A DNA stretch of 64,000 nucleotides from Elusimicrobia bacterium RIFOXYA2_FULL_47_53. Its GTDB lineage: Bacteria > Elusimicrobiota > Endomicrobiia > Endomicrobiales > XYA2-FULL-47-53. A program made the translations under genes and the position numbers. The notes under the pieces were generated by a model that saw only the letters and a program-made list of their open reading frames with translations, was not told the origin of the DNA and searched no databases. The stretch lies in the NCBI GenBank assembly GCA_001800315.1, contig MGVE01000016.1, forward strand, positions 3,432-67,431, given 5' to 3'. Positions 55,620 through 64,000 of this stretch are shown one piece after another. How positions within the stretch are numbered: position 1 is the stretch's first letter; every line of letters begins with the position of its first letter.

Positions 55620-58600
55620 ATGAAATTTATATCATGGATTGTTGTAGTAAGCTTTATGTTAAATTTTGTTGGAATCAGCAGCGCTGCGGCTTCAATGACT
55701 TCAATGAAGGCTCAATCAGTTTCAGAAGAGTTGGTTAAAGCCGGAGCGGAAACCGCGTACGCCAAAATGCCGTTAAGCTTTGAGGTAAATCGCGGGCAAA
55801 CCGACAAGAGGGTTAAATTCCTTGCCCGTGGCAAGGGATACACCCTGTTTTTAACGCCATCTGAAGCAGTATTGTCGTTACAAACCGCAGCAACTTCTAA
55901 AACAGATGTGGTGCGCATGCAGCTTAAAGGCTCTAATTCAAAGTCCCTTATTGAGGGGCTTGATATTTTGCCGACTCGCAGCAATTACATGATCGGCGCC
56001 GATCAGAAGAAGTGGCAGACAAATATACAACATTATTCTAAAGTTCAGTATAAACAGGTCTATCCCGGGATTGACATTGTATATTATGGCAATCAGGGAC
56101 AGCTTGAATATGACTTTGTCGTTGCTCCCGGCGCAGACCCAGGGCTTATCCGCATGGATTTCAAAGGCGCGAACAGGCTTGAACTGGATAAGAAGGGAAA
56201 CCTTGTATTGAAATTAAGCGAGGGGCAGTTGTCAGTCAATGCTCCCGCGATCTATCAGAAAAATGGGGAAACCAAACTGCCTGTTGAAGGGCGTTTTGTT
56301 CTGGCAAGCAGTAAACTGGTTAGTTTTGAAGTCGGAACATACGACAAGAGCAAAGAGCTGATTATAGATCCCATCGTTTATTCCACCTATTTGGGAGTCA
56401 CTGTTGAAGACCGCGCAACAGCCATAGCTGTTGAAAATGACGGAACAGTCTACCTGACGGGAAAAACGGCAACGGTTGCCGATGTATTTCCCGGCACGGC
56501 CGGACATTTTCAGGCCGCCAATGCCGGAGGCGCGTTTGACGCTTTCGTTATAAAAATATCAGCTGCCGGGGCCATTGAATGGGCTACCTATTTAGGCGGC
56601 GTTGCAAGCGATATCAGCAATTCCATCGCGGTGGACGCGGCACACAAAGTGTATATCTGCGGTTCCACGACCGGCGCGTTTCCGATAACAGTTGGCGCGT
56701 ATCAGGTGGTCAACAACGGCGGCACTGACGGGTTTGTCACTGCTATAGCGGCTGATGGAAACAGTTTGGTGTATTCCACAATGCTGGGCGGAGCGGGCGT
56801 AGATTTTTGTAATGCTCTCGTATCAGACAGCGCGGGTGTTGTATATGTCACCGGAGGCACGGCATCCAATAATATATTGCTGCCCGCGACAGCCGGCGCG
56901 TATCAGACTCAAAATGGCGGAGGAGCGGGAGGAGTGGCAAATGCCTTTGTCGCCAAGTTCAACGCCGCCGGAACCAGGCAGTACTTTTCGTATATCGGCG
57001 GTGCAACCGCGGGCACTACACAGGGTAATGCCATTACAATAGACGCCACGGGAAATATTTATATAACCGGCAGCACTGTAGCCGGCTGGCCAACATTCCC
57101 CAGCGGAGTGCTTCCTCTTCCGCGCGCGTTTAAGCTTACTATTGGCGGCGCGCAGGATACTTTTGTAGCTAAGATAGCTCCTCTTGGCAACGGCTCGTTA
57201 GACCTGCTCTACTCTTCATATTTAGGCGGAAGCGGGCTATCAAAAGGAACGGGTATCAGGCTTGATTCAAGCGGGAATGTCTATGTGGCAGGAAATAATG
57301 ATTCCACTGACTTTCCGGATGCCGCGACCGACGGTATTACGGTTGGGTTCCCAAAAGTCGGACAAACAACGATCGCCGGCGGCCCTTTTGACTGTTTCGT
57401 AATGAAAATGGCCTTCCTGAACACAGGCCATTCCGACGGTATATATTGCACATTTCTCGGCGGCAACAACGATGATGATCTGGCCGCGCTGATAGTTGAC
57501 TCGTTCGGTGACGCGTATGTTACCGGCAGAACTATGTCGCCGGACTTTCTCACCGTCGCACCTACTTCCATTCTAACTCCCATAGATTCCACTTTCGGCG
57601 CTACTGCCAAAGTCTTCTTAGCGGCGGTTAGCGCTGACGGCAGTACCCGTGAGTTGAAATCGTATCTTGGAGGCGTAACAGACCAGGGTGGCGCGGGTAT
57701 CGCCCTTGACGGCGCTCACAACATATATATAGGCGGTTGGACTAGTTCTACCGATTTTCCTACCGCAGGCCCCATGGGAGCAGGCGCGGGAGCTCTTTAT
57801 CCCGCGCTTACCGGCGCGGCATCGTTTGATGCCTTTGTTTTGAAGATTTCCGCTCCATATCCTAATCCCTTGCCTACTATAACCAGCGTCAGCCCGGCCG
57901 GCGGCCCCCCTGCGGGCGGCACCACGGTTGTAATTGAGGGCACCGGCTTTACAGATGTAACCGGAGCAACCGGTGTTACATTCGGCAATGTAAACGCTAC
58001 GAGCTATACCGTAAATTCCAGTACTCAAATTACGGCGGTCGCGCCTGCGCACGCGGCAGGAGTAGTGGACATCGTGGTTAGAAATCCGGCTGGCGCCTCT
58101 GTGGCTGTGCCTGCCGATATTTACACATATTTTCTTCCGGGCATAGCTCCAACAGTTACCAGCCTTGAGCCAACCGGAGGCGTTCCGGCCGGAGGCACGA
58201 CTGTAGTAATTAACGGCACCGGCTTTACCGGAATAGTTGCCTCTAACGGCGTCAAGTTCGGCGCGCTGAACGCAACAAGTTATGTAGTCAACTCAGATAT
58301 AAAAATTACCGCGGTTGCCCCGGCGCATATCGCCGGTCCCGTTGATGTCGTCGTAACAAACATTTACGGTTCATCTGCCATAGTCCCGGGAGATGTATAT
58401 ACATACTTTCTTGCCGGCTCTGTTCCTCCGACAATCACAGGGCTTAACCCAACCCTGGGAAGCACTCTTGGCGGCACAACAGTTGTAATTACCGGCACCG
58501 GCTTTAACGGAGTCACAAGCGTTAAGTTCGGCGATCTGAACGCTGAAAGCTATGTGGTTAATTCCGATGTAAAGATTACAGCTAAGACTAAGGCTCATGC

Positions 58601-58973
58601 TGTTGGGATTGTGGATGTAGTTGTGACAGCCTTAACAGGAGCCACGGCTATTGTCCCGGCGGACAAATATACATATTTCACGGCCGCAACAGCCAGATTC
58701 AGCCCTTATGTTTTTCCGTCGCCTACGACCGGCAAAACAGCCGGCATAGCCTATTGGATGACCGGCCCCGGCTCGGTAAATATCAGGATATATAACGAGG
58801 TCGGAGACCTTATGCAAACACTGGATGAGACAAAAGCGACAGGCACTCAGGGTTCAACTATAAATACCGGTGATCTCGCGCGGGGAGTGTATTTCTGTCT
58901 CCTGAAGATGGCCTATGATGATGTCAATACGAGTAGTGAAAACTACAAGCTCAAGTTCGCGGTTACGCACTGA
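55620..58973 (+). CDS. large secreted surface protein: N-terminal domain, SBBP-type beta-propeller repeats, four IPT/TIG domains, T9SS-type C-terminal domain
   Basis: ATG 55620 lies 7 nt after AAGGAGG (the track start is TTG 55614). Recurrent YSTYLGG....A.AVD..G..Y..G.T.S..FP repeats. Four units of the form PTITSVSPAGGPPAGGTTVVIEGTGF...V.FG...A.SY.V.S...I.A.AP.H..G.VD.VV. C-terminus SVNIRIYNEVGDLM...GVYFCLL...YKLKFAVTH. Confidence 0.8.
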   Translation: MKFISWIVVVSFMLNFVGISSAAASMTSMKAQSVSEELVKAGAETAYAKMPLSFEVNRGQTDKRVKFLARGKGYTLFLTPSEAVLSLQTAATSKTDVVRMQLKGSNSKSLIEGLDILPTRSNYMIGADQKKWQTNIQHYSKVQYKQVYPGIDIVYYGNQGQLEYDFVVAPGADPGLIRMDFKGANRLELDKKGNLVLKLSEGQLSVNAPAIYQKNGETKLPVEGRFVLASSKLVSFEVGTYDKSKELIIDPIVYSTYLGVTVEDRATAIAVENDGTVYLTGKTATVADVFPGTAGHFQAANAGGAFDAFVIKISAAGAIEWATYLGGVASDISNSIAVDAAHKVYICGSTTGAFPITVGAYQVVNNGGTDGFVTAIAADGNSLVYSTMLGGAGVDFCNALVSDSAGVVYVTGGTASNNILLPATAGAYQTQNGGGAGGVANAFVAKFNAAGTRQYFSYIGGATAGTTQGNAITIDATGNIYITGSTVAGWPTFPSGVLPLPRAFKLTIGGAQDTFVAKIAPLGNGSLDLLYSSYLGGSGLSKGTGIRLDSSGNVYVAGNNDSTDFPDAATDGITVGFPKVGQTTIAGGPFDCFVMKMAFLNTGHSDGIYCTFLGGNNDDDLAALIVDSFGDAYVTGRTMSPDFLTVAPTSILTPIDSTFGATAKVFLAAVSADGSTRELKSYLGGVTDQGGAGIALDGAHNIYIGGWTSSTDFPTAGPMGAGAGALYPALTGAASFDAFVLKISAPYPNPLPTITSVSPAGGPPAGGTTVVIEGTGFTDVTGATGVTFGNVNATSYTVNSSTQITAVAPAHAAGVVDIVVRNPAGASVAVPADIYTYFLPGIAPTVTSLEPTGGVPAGGTTVVINGTGFTGIVASNGVKFGALNATSYVVNSDIKITAVAPAHIAGPVDVVVTNIYGSSAIVPGDVYTYFLAGSVPPTITGLNPTLGSTLGGTTVVITGTGFNGVTSVKFGDLNAESYVVNSDVKITAKTKAHAVGIVDVVVTALTGATAIVPADKYTYFTAATARFSPYVFPSPTTGKTAGIAYWMTGPGSVNIRIYNEVGDLMQTLDETKATGTQGSTINTGDLARGVYFCLLKMAYDDVNTSSENYKLKFAVTH

Positions 58974-59007
58974 GGCGTATATGAAAAAAAATAAGGAGGT
59001 TAAAAAT

Positions 59008-60393
59008 ATGAATATTTTACAGATCCAACGGATCGGAATCGGACTTATGTCCATCGTATTACTCAGTGGCCTGACTTGGGCTGCGGATAAAACACAGTTA
59101 GTGGGAACTCTGGGAATGCCGCTATTCAGGGATGCTGTTTCGGCCCGGGCCCAGTCAATGGGTTCTGCGGTTGTCGGAATGCCAATGGGTTCAGCGTCAT
59201 TGTTTGTTAACCCAGCCGGGCTTGGACTCTTGGACAGCTGCATGGAAGTCGGACTGCACCACAACAGCGGGCTTGGTGAATCAAATCACGAAACCGCCGT
59301 TGTCAGCAAGCGCCTGGGAATATTCGGTGGTTTTGCGGCCTCCTTAAATTATGTTAACAACGGAACCTTTGAGGGCCGTGACGCTCTTGGTGTTAGAACC
59401 GCTGACTATACTGCCGGCGACATGGGCGGAAGCGTCGGTTGGGGTAAGCAATTCTTTAACCATATAGCCATAGGCGCCGCCTTGAGATACAATCGGCAAA
59501 CTTTGGGAAGTTATGGATATTCTGCTTACGGCGCGGACGCCGGGCTCCTATACTGCCCAGTTTCACGATTAAACCTGGGAGTGACCTATTCAAACCTTGG
59601 TACCGAAGCTGACGGCGTACTTCAGGATGCGGGCTGGCGAGTTGGCGCGTCCTACGGGATAAAAAAAGATCTTACTTTGCTTTTTTCCAGCGAGCTGAAA
59701 CCTGCCGGATACAACCGTTTGCAGGTGGGTATTGAAAACTACATTAGTGAGAAGGTGGCTGTCCGCGCGGGTTATGTGCATAACTATACAAATACCAAGC
59801 TTGAAGGAATAAACGGCCTGAGCGCCGGAGTAGGCATAGAAGTAATTAAGAACCTGGTGTTAGACTACGCCTATATACCTTATGGCGACCTGGGCATCTC
59901 AAACCGTATCAGCGTCACCTATAAGTTCCTGTGCCCGAAAGAAGCCCCTCCTGTAGCGGTGCTTACACCAGCTGTGCAAATTGTTGAGGCCCCGCCGGAG
60001 ATTATGCACAGAGAAAATGTGGTTATCCTTGAGAAACTTATAGTTCTTGAAGACACGCATTTTGAATTTGACTCGGCGACTCTTACGATAAATGGCGCGA
60101 AGATAGTAATAGAAAATACACAGATTCTGAAAGATAACCCGGAAGCAAAAATACGCGTTGCCGGATACACCTCTGCTGCGGGTACTGCTGAATACAACCA
60201 GAAGCTGAGTGAAAGAAGAGCGGTAGCCGTGCGCGCGATACTGCTGAATGTCGGAGGAATAGCTCCGGAGAGGATTACAACAATCGGTTATGGAGAAACC
60301 AGGCCGGCTATGTTTGAGCCAATACCTAAGAATATTGATTCAAAGGAAGCTCGCGCAAACATGAGAGTTCTGTTTGAGATTATAGTTAAATAG
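59008..60393 (+). CDS. PorV/PorQ-family barrel fused to a C-terminal OmpA-like peptidoglycan-binding domain
   Basis: ATG 59008 after AAGGAGG. Signal peptide. DAVSARAQSMGSAVVG...LFVNPAGLGLL. Barrel end LDYAYIPYGDLGISNRISVTYKF. Then FEFDSATL...RVAGYTSAAGTAEYNQKLSERRAVAV...GYGETRP. Confidence 0.75.
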   Translation: MNILQIQRIGIGLMSIVLLSGLTWAADKTQLVGTLGMPLFRDAVSARAQSMGSAVVGMPMGSASLFVNPAGLGLLDSCMEVGLHHNSGLGESNHETAVVSKRLGIFGGFAASLNYVNNGTFEGRDALGVRTADYTAGDMGGSVGWGKQFFNHIAIGAALRYNRQTLGSYGYSAYGADAGLLYCPVSRLNLGVTYSNLGTEADGVLQDAGWRVGASYGIKKDLTLLFSSELKPAGYNRLQVGIENYISEKVAVRAGYVHNYTNTKLEGINGLSAGVGIEVIKNLVLDYAYIPYGDLGISNRISVTYKFLCPKEAPPVAVLTPAVQIVEAPPEIMHRENVVILEKLIVLEDTHFEFDSATLTINGAKIVIENTQILKDNPEAKIRVAGYTSAAGTAEYNQKLSERRAVAVRAILLNVGGIAPERITTIGYGETRPAMFEPIPKNIDSKEARANMRVLFEIIVK

Positions 60394-60503
60394 GACAACT
60401 CAGTAATAAGCGGTAAGCGATAAGTGGTAAGAAAATACAAAATCCTTGACATTAACTTATTGCTTAAAACTTACCGCTTATCGCTGAATTTAAGGGGAGC
60501 TAT

Positions 60504-61184
60504 ATGATACAGCAAGAGTTAAATGAAGAAAATAAAGAAATACGAAACAAGGCCTATGACCTGTACGAAAAGCATGGCTTCAAAGACGGCAATGAATTTG
60601 TTGACTGGCTTGAAGCAGAAAGACAAATGAAAAAGGGAGCGCGACCCAGGGCAAAACGCGGCACAATGGTGCGTGACACACTCCTTGCTATTATAGCGGC
60701 TTTGTGTGTTATCGTTATAATCCTCTCCGTTTTACTGTTCAGGCATAAGCCCAAGCTTGAACTATCGCAAAAAAACCTTTCGGAGCTTAAAGTCATGATG
60801 CTTGTTCTTGACCAAAAACCCGATGAAGAAGTAGTCGCTTTTGGGGACACTCATTTTGATTACAATAAATCTGATCTAAATAATGAGGCAAAAACGCTCC
60901 TGGATAAAGAGGTTCTGGTTTTGAAAGAAAATCCAAAAATGAAGGTTCGTATGGCCGGCTATACTTCCGCCCAGGGAACACAGGAAAGCAATCAGCTATT
61001 AAGCGAAGGAAGAGCGAATGCGGTTAGAAATTATCTTATAGAAAAGGGCATTGAAAAAGCAAGGATAACAACAATCGGGTACGGACGGACAAAACCCGCC
61101 TTGTACGAGGTATCGCCCGATAATATTAACTCAAAAGAAGCGCGCGCAAATATGCGGGTTCTTTTTGAAATTCTTGTTAAATAA
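60504..61184 (+). CDS. DUF2934 N-terminal domain - TM - OmpA-like domain protein
   Basis: IRNKAYDLYEKHGFKDGNEFVDWLEAERQ (DUF2934 pattern), one TM, then HFDYNKSDL...RMAGYTSAQGTQESNQLLSEGRANAV...GYGRTKP. The last 20 aa are nearly identical to the end of the upstream PorV-OmpA protein. Confidence 0.75.
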   Translation: MIQQELNEENKEIRNKAYDLYEKHGFKDGNEFVDWLEAERQMKKGARPRAKRGTMVRDTLLAIIAALCVIVIILSVLLFRHKPKLELSQKNLSELKVMMLVLDQKPDEEVVAFGDTHFDYNKSDLNNEAKTLLDKEVLVLKENPKMKVRMAGYTSAQGTQESNQLLSEGRANAVRNYLIEKGIEKARITTIGYGRTKPALYEVSPDNINSKEARANMRVLFEILVK

Positions 61185-61204
61185 ATCGTATGGGGAGTTA
61201 ACAA

Positions 61205-61372
61205 ATGAAAAAGTATAAATGCACGGTTTGTGATTACATTTACGACCCTCAGGCCGGCGACCCTGATTCAGGCATAAAACCCGGGACAGCTTTTGATGAC
61301 ATTCCGGATAACTGGGTTTGCCCGACCTGCGCCGCAAAGAAAACATCGTTTGTTCCAATTGAGCCAAATTGA
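61205..61372 (+). CDS. rubredoxin (55 aa; absent from the ORF track)
   Basis: [55 protein letters not shown]. It has the CxxC...CPxC iron ligands and the conserved YDP/G..F..LP..W.CP core. Confidence 0.9.
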   Translation: MKKYKCTVCDYIYDPQAGDPDSGIKPGTAFDDIPDNWVCPTCAAKKTSFVPIEPN

Positions 61373-61451
61373 TTCCGGATGTTAATATGAGTACTACTGA
61401 TGATAATACCGCCGCGGGTTTGCAATCAGGGATCTCCAGTCCGGAGGAATT

Positions 61452-61856
61452 ATGGCGCCGAAACTGATTCGTGCGTTAAATACTATTATATGTTTTGCAT
61501 TAATCACGCAGTTTTTGGGCTGTGGAACTATTATGCATCCGGAACGCAGGGGACAGCGCGGAGGCAGAATTGATGCCGGAGTCGCGGTTCTTGACGCCAT
61601 TGGATTATTGTTATTTGTAATTCCCGGTGTTATCGCCTTTGCGGTTGATTTTAGCACCGGCGCAATTTATTTGCCGGAGAAATCCAGGACATCATTGGAT
61701 ATCAATAACATGAAAATTGTCAGATTTGACTCAAAACATGCCACGGACGCAAGCATTGAGTATATTATAAAAAAGGAAACCGGTATTGATGTTAAACTCT
61801 GGCAGAAGAATATAAAAATCTCCAGAATAAGTTCAATAAATGATGTCAGGGAATAA
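61452..61856 (+). CDS. hypothetical lipoprotein / small membrane protein
   Basis: Lipobox-like FLGC, then a hydrophobic segment LLLFVIPGVIAFAVDF. No family was recognised. Confidence 0.5.
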   Translation: MAPKLIRALNTIICFALITQFLGCGTIMHPERRGQRGGRIDAGVAVLDAIGLLLFVIPGVIAFAVDFSTGAIYLPEKSRTSLDINNMKIVRFDSKHATDASIEYIIKKETGIDVKLWQKNIKISRISSINDVRE

Positions 61857-61869
61857 CCCGGAGTTTGCG

Positions 61870-62442
61870 ATGAAAACAAAACATACAAAGTGTATTCTTA
61901 GAATAGCGCTGTCATTAACTTTGGCTTTTGTTGTTTGCGGCGAAAGTTATGGCATTGAAAATATACATTTCTCTATCGGCCCGCGCGCGACCTATTCAAG
62001 GCCGCAGGATGCCGACGAGGCTCAGGCCTATGTGGGAATTCAGGCCCGGTTTATTTTAGCTTCTGCTTTAAGCCTGGAAGCCTCGTTTGATTATCGCAGT
62101 AATAATTTCTTTAATTTTACAACTATAAAAACCTACCCGATTCAATTGAGCGCGCTGGTATATTTTTTGCCCGGCGCCATTTTGAACCCGTTTTTAATTG
62201 GCGGCACGGGCTGGTACTACACGCAGGTTGACGGCCCGTTTGGTTTTAATAATACATACTCCAGGTTAAGCCTGCACGCGGGAGCCGGCCTTGAGCTGAA
62301 ATTGACAGAAGTTGTATCCATTGACGGCTGTTACCGCTATATTTGGCTTGAAAGTGTGGCCTCAAAAGATGTGAGTTCGCGTGACAGAAGTTTTCAGGAC
62401 TCCGGAGCTATGGTAACGGTAGGCTTGAACTTTCTGTTCTAA
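61870..62442 (+). CDS. small outer-membrane beta-barrel protein (OMP_b-brl/OmpW-like)
   Basis: I took the start at MKTKHTKCILRIALSLTLAFVVCG. Alternating-hydrophobic strands with a C-terminal ...VTVGLNFLF. Confidence 0.6.
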   Translation: MKTKHTKCILRIALSLTLAFVVCGESYGIENIHFSIGPRATYSRPQDADEAQAYVGIQARFILASALSLEASFDYRSNNFFNFTTIKTYPIQLSALVYFLPGAILNPFLIGGTGWYYTQVDGPFGFNNTYSRLSLHAGAGLELKLTEVVSIDGCYRYIWLESVASKDVSSRDRSFQDSGAMVTVGLNFLF

Positions 62443-62462
62443 GATTATGCCTGGAGGCATTC

Positions 62463-62618
62463 ATGCTTTGGACCATCGCCGTTGTTTTGATAGTTTTGTG
62501 GTTTTTTGGATTTTTGAGCTCCTACACTTTAGGCGGTTTTATTCATCTTTTGCTGGCTCTTGCTATTGTTGCCGTGCTTATTCGTATTATTAAAGGACGC
62601 CCCATTTTAAAAGGCTGA
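62463..62618 (+). CDS. lmo0937-family small membrane protein (51 aa; absent from the ORF track)
   Basis: MLWTIAVVLIVLWFFGFLSSYTLGGFIHLLLALAIVAVLIRIIKGRPILKG matches the characteristic MLWTI..IL...WLLGF....GG.IH.LL..A pattern. Confidence 0.7.
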   Translation: MLWTIAVVLIVLWFFGFLSSYTLGGFIHLLLALAIVAVLIRIIKGRPILKG

Positions 62619-62631
62619 AAGGAGAAACTAT

Positions 62632-64000
62632 ATGGATAAAAAGTTAGCTTCATTGTTCATCTTTACCGTTTTTGTTTTGTGGCAGGCCCAAGTTCACGCT
62701 GTTCAGGAAAATAAGGAGCGCTCAACTCAAATTACTGTAGTGCAAACCGCGTCAAAGGCGATTAGCTACAGGAACTTGAAACAGCAGGTAGAAATTGATT
62801 TTGGCGGCACAGTATTGCTTCCTGACGGCAGAGGATCCGCTGTAATTAAGAATAAAGAGGGCGTTATTGAAATCAAGGCGAAATTCAGAGAAATGACTCC
62901 TGCGACTCAGTTAGGAGCCGAGTATCTGACCTATATTTTGTGGGCGATATCCCCAAACGGAGAGGCAACAAATCTTGGCGAATTGACCGTAAAAAACGGC
63001 AAAAGCCAGGTAAAGGCTAAGGTTCAATTTCAGGCTATGAGCCTTATTGTCACCGCCGAACCATACTTTGCCGTTTCACAACCCAGCGACGCGATGGTCT
63101 TAGAAAATGCCATAAAACCGGTAAATGAAGCTGCTATTGAAATTATTGATGCCAAGTACGAACTGTTGCCAAGAGGGGAATACACAAGGAATATTCCTTT
63201 TCAGGCGCTGGTAATGGATAAGAAGACACCTTTCTATGTTTATCAGGCCAGGAATGCCGTGCGCATTGCTAAAGCCGTGGACGCTGACCGTTACGCCCCG
63301 GAACCTTTTAATAATGCCAGAAGGCTTCTTGCTTTGGCTGAAACGGATGAAGAAGGCTGGAAAGAGCGGACTATGACGGCTCGTGAAGCGGTGCAAAAGG
63401 CTGAGGATAGCCGTTCTATCGCAGTAAAAAAACAAATAAGTGAATCAATAAGAGATGATATCAATCAATCAAGGGATCAGGTTAAGAGCGCCAATACAAG
63501 AGCCGCGGCCGCGATTATAGGCCAGTCTAAAGCTGAAACTGCGCAGGAAAAAGCCGAGGAAGCGATGGGAAAATCGGATAACGAGCGCGCAGCGGCTCTC
63601 GCCCTTGCCACAAGCGCCACTGCTTCTTCAACAGCTTCGCAATCTGAGGCAAAGGCAGCCCGTTCAGAGGCCGCAATATCAAAAGGCCAGGCTGATGCCG
63701 CAAACACCAGGGCAGCTAAAGCTGAGAGTGAAAAAGCTAATCTGCGCAAGCAGCTTTACAAGCAGTTAAATTCAATTTTTCAGACTCAGGACACCGCGCG
63801 CGGCCTTATAGTCAATATGCCGGATTCACTTTTCAAAACAGACAGTTCAGAACTTCAACCCAGGGTCCGTGAAAAGTTGGCAAAAATAGCCGGAATTATA
63901 ACCTCAAATCCGGGTTTAAAACTTGAAATAGAAGGGCACACGGATAATACCGGCGCCGATCAATATAACCAGAAATTGTCGGAGAAAAGAGCTCAAACAG
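62632..64000 (+). CDS. OmpA-family protein, 3-prime truncated by the window edge (absent from the ORF track)
   Basis: RBS AAAGGAGA, then ATG 62632. My manual translation is open to base 64000. It shows a signal peptide (FIFTVFVLWQAQVHA), an Ala-rich coiled region, then the OmpA-domain start LFKTDSSELQP...LEIEGHTDNTGADQYNQKLSEKRAQ. Confidence 0.8.
   Translation, partial: MDKKLASLFIFTVFVLWQAQVHAVQENKERSTQITVVQTASKAISYRNLKQQVEIDFGGTVLLPDGRGSAVIKNKEGVIEIKAKFREMTPATQLGAEYLTYILWAISPNGEATNLGELTVKNGKSQVKAKVQFQAMSLIVTAEPYFAVSQPSDAMVLENAIKPVNEAAIEIIDAKYELLPRGEYTRNIPFQALVMDKKTPFYVYQARNAVRIAKAVDADRYAPEPFNNARRLLALAETDEEGWKERTMTAREAVQKAEDSRSIAVKKQISESIRDDINQSRDQVKSANTRAAAAIIGQSKAETAQEKAEEAMGKSDNERAAALALATSATASSTASQSEAKAARSEAAISKGQADAANTRAAKAESEKANLRKQLYKQLNSIFQTQDTARGLIVNMPDSLFKTDSSELQPRVREKLAKIAGIITSNPGLKLEIEGHTDNTGADQYNQKLSEKRAQT

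Noticed and set aside
63100-63749. Minus-strand ORFs 63100-63435 and 63477-63749
   Set aside because: They are shadows of the + strand OmpA-family CDS (62632 to the window end). That CDS has an RBS, a signal peptide and an OmpA domain, and was omitted from the track only because it lacks an in-window stop.

Overview
The window is a gene-dense stretch (about 55 CDS, almost all on the + strand after 11 kb) that looks like an uncultivated diderm bacterium. I infer an anaerobe of the FCB-like or candidate-phylum type from rubredoxin, ThyX, PorV-family barrels and T9SS-type C-terminal domains; this is not proven. No rRNA, CRISPR array or intact transposase was seen. Main content: (i) Four gene pairs in which a large secreted protein ending in a T9SS-type or FlgD-Ig-like C-terminal domain (CTD) is followed by its own PorV/PorQ-family outer-membrane barrel. 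One barrel is fused to TPR repeats and one to an OmpA domain. (ii) A probable c-di-GMP-I (GEMM-I) riboswitch in the leader of one of these pairs, and elsewhere a PilZ::HMG-CoA-reductase fusion. (iii) A dense signalling cluster of hybrid histidine kinases, a 1354-aa CheB-CheR-PAS-HK-REC protein, a REC-AraC regulator and single-domain receivers. (iv) Envelope genes: a PqiA-like protein with TamA and TamB, BON, several OmpA-domain proteins, Blc, and a CapA::L,D-transpeptidase fusion. (v) Housekeeping genes: thyX, ABC-F, yciH, rnr, glpK. (vi) An AT-richer segment with two Fic genes, each preceded by a remnant of a tyrosine-recombinase 3-prime end, next to tRNA-Cys. (vii) A structured ~150-bp repeat present twice in opposite orientation. 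(viii) A fixed-spacing bipartite motif upstream of at least four consecutive envelope/regulator transcription units. Several real ORFs are missing from the supplied track: rubredoxin, an lmo0937-type peptide, and an OmpA-family gene that runs off the right edge.
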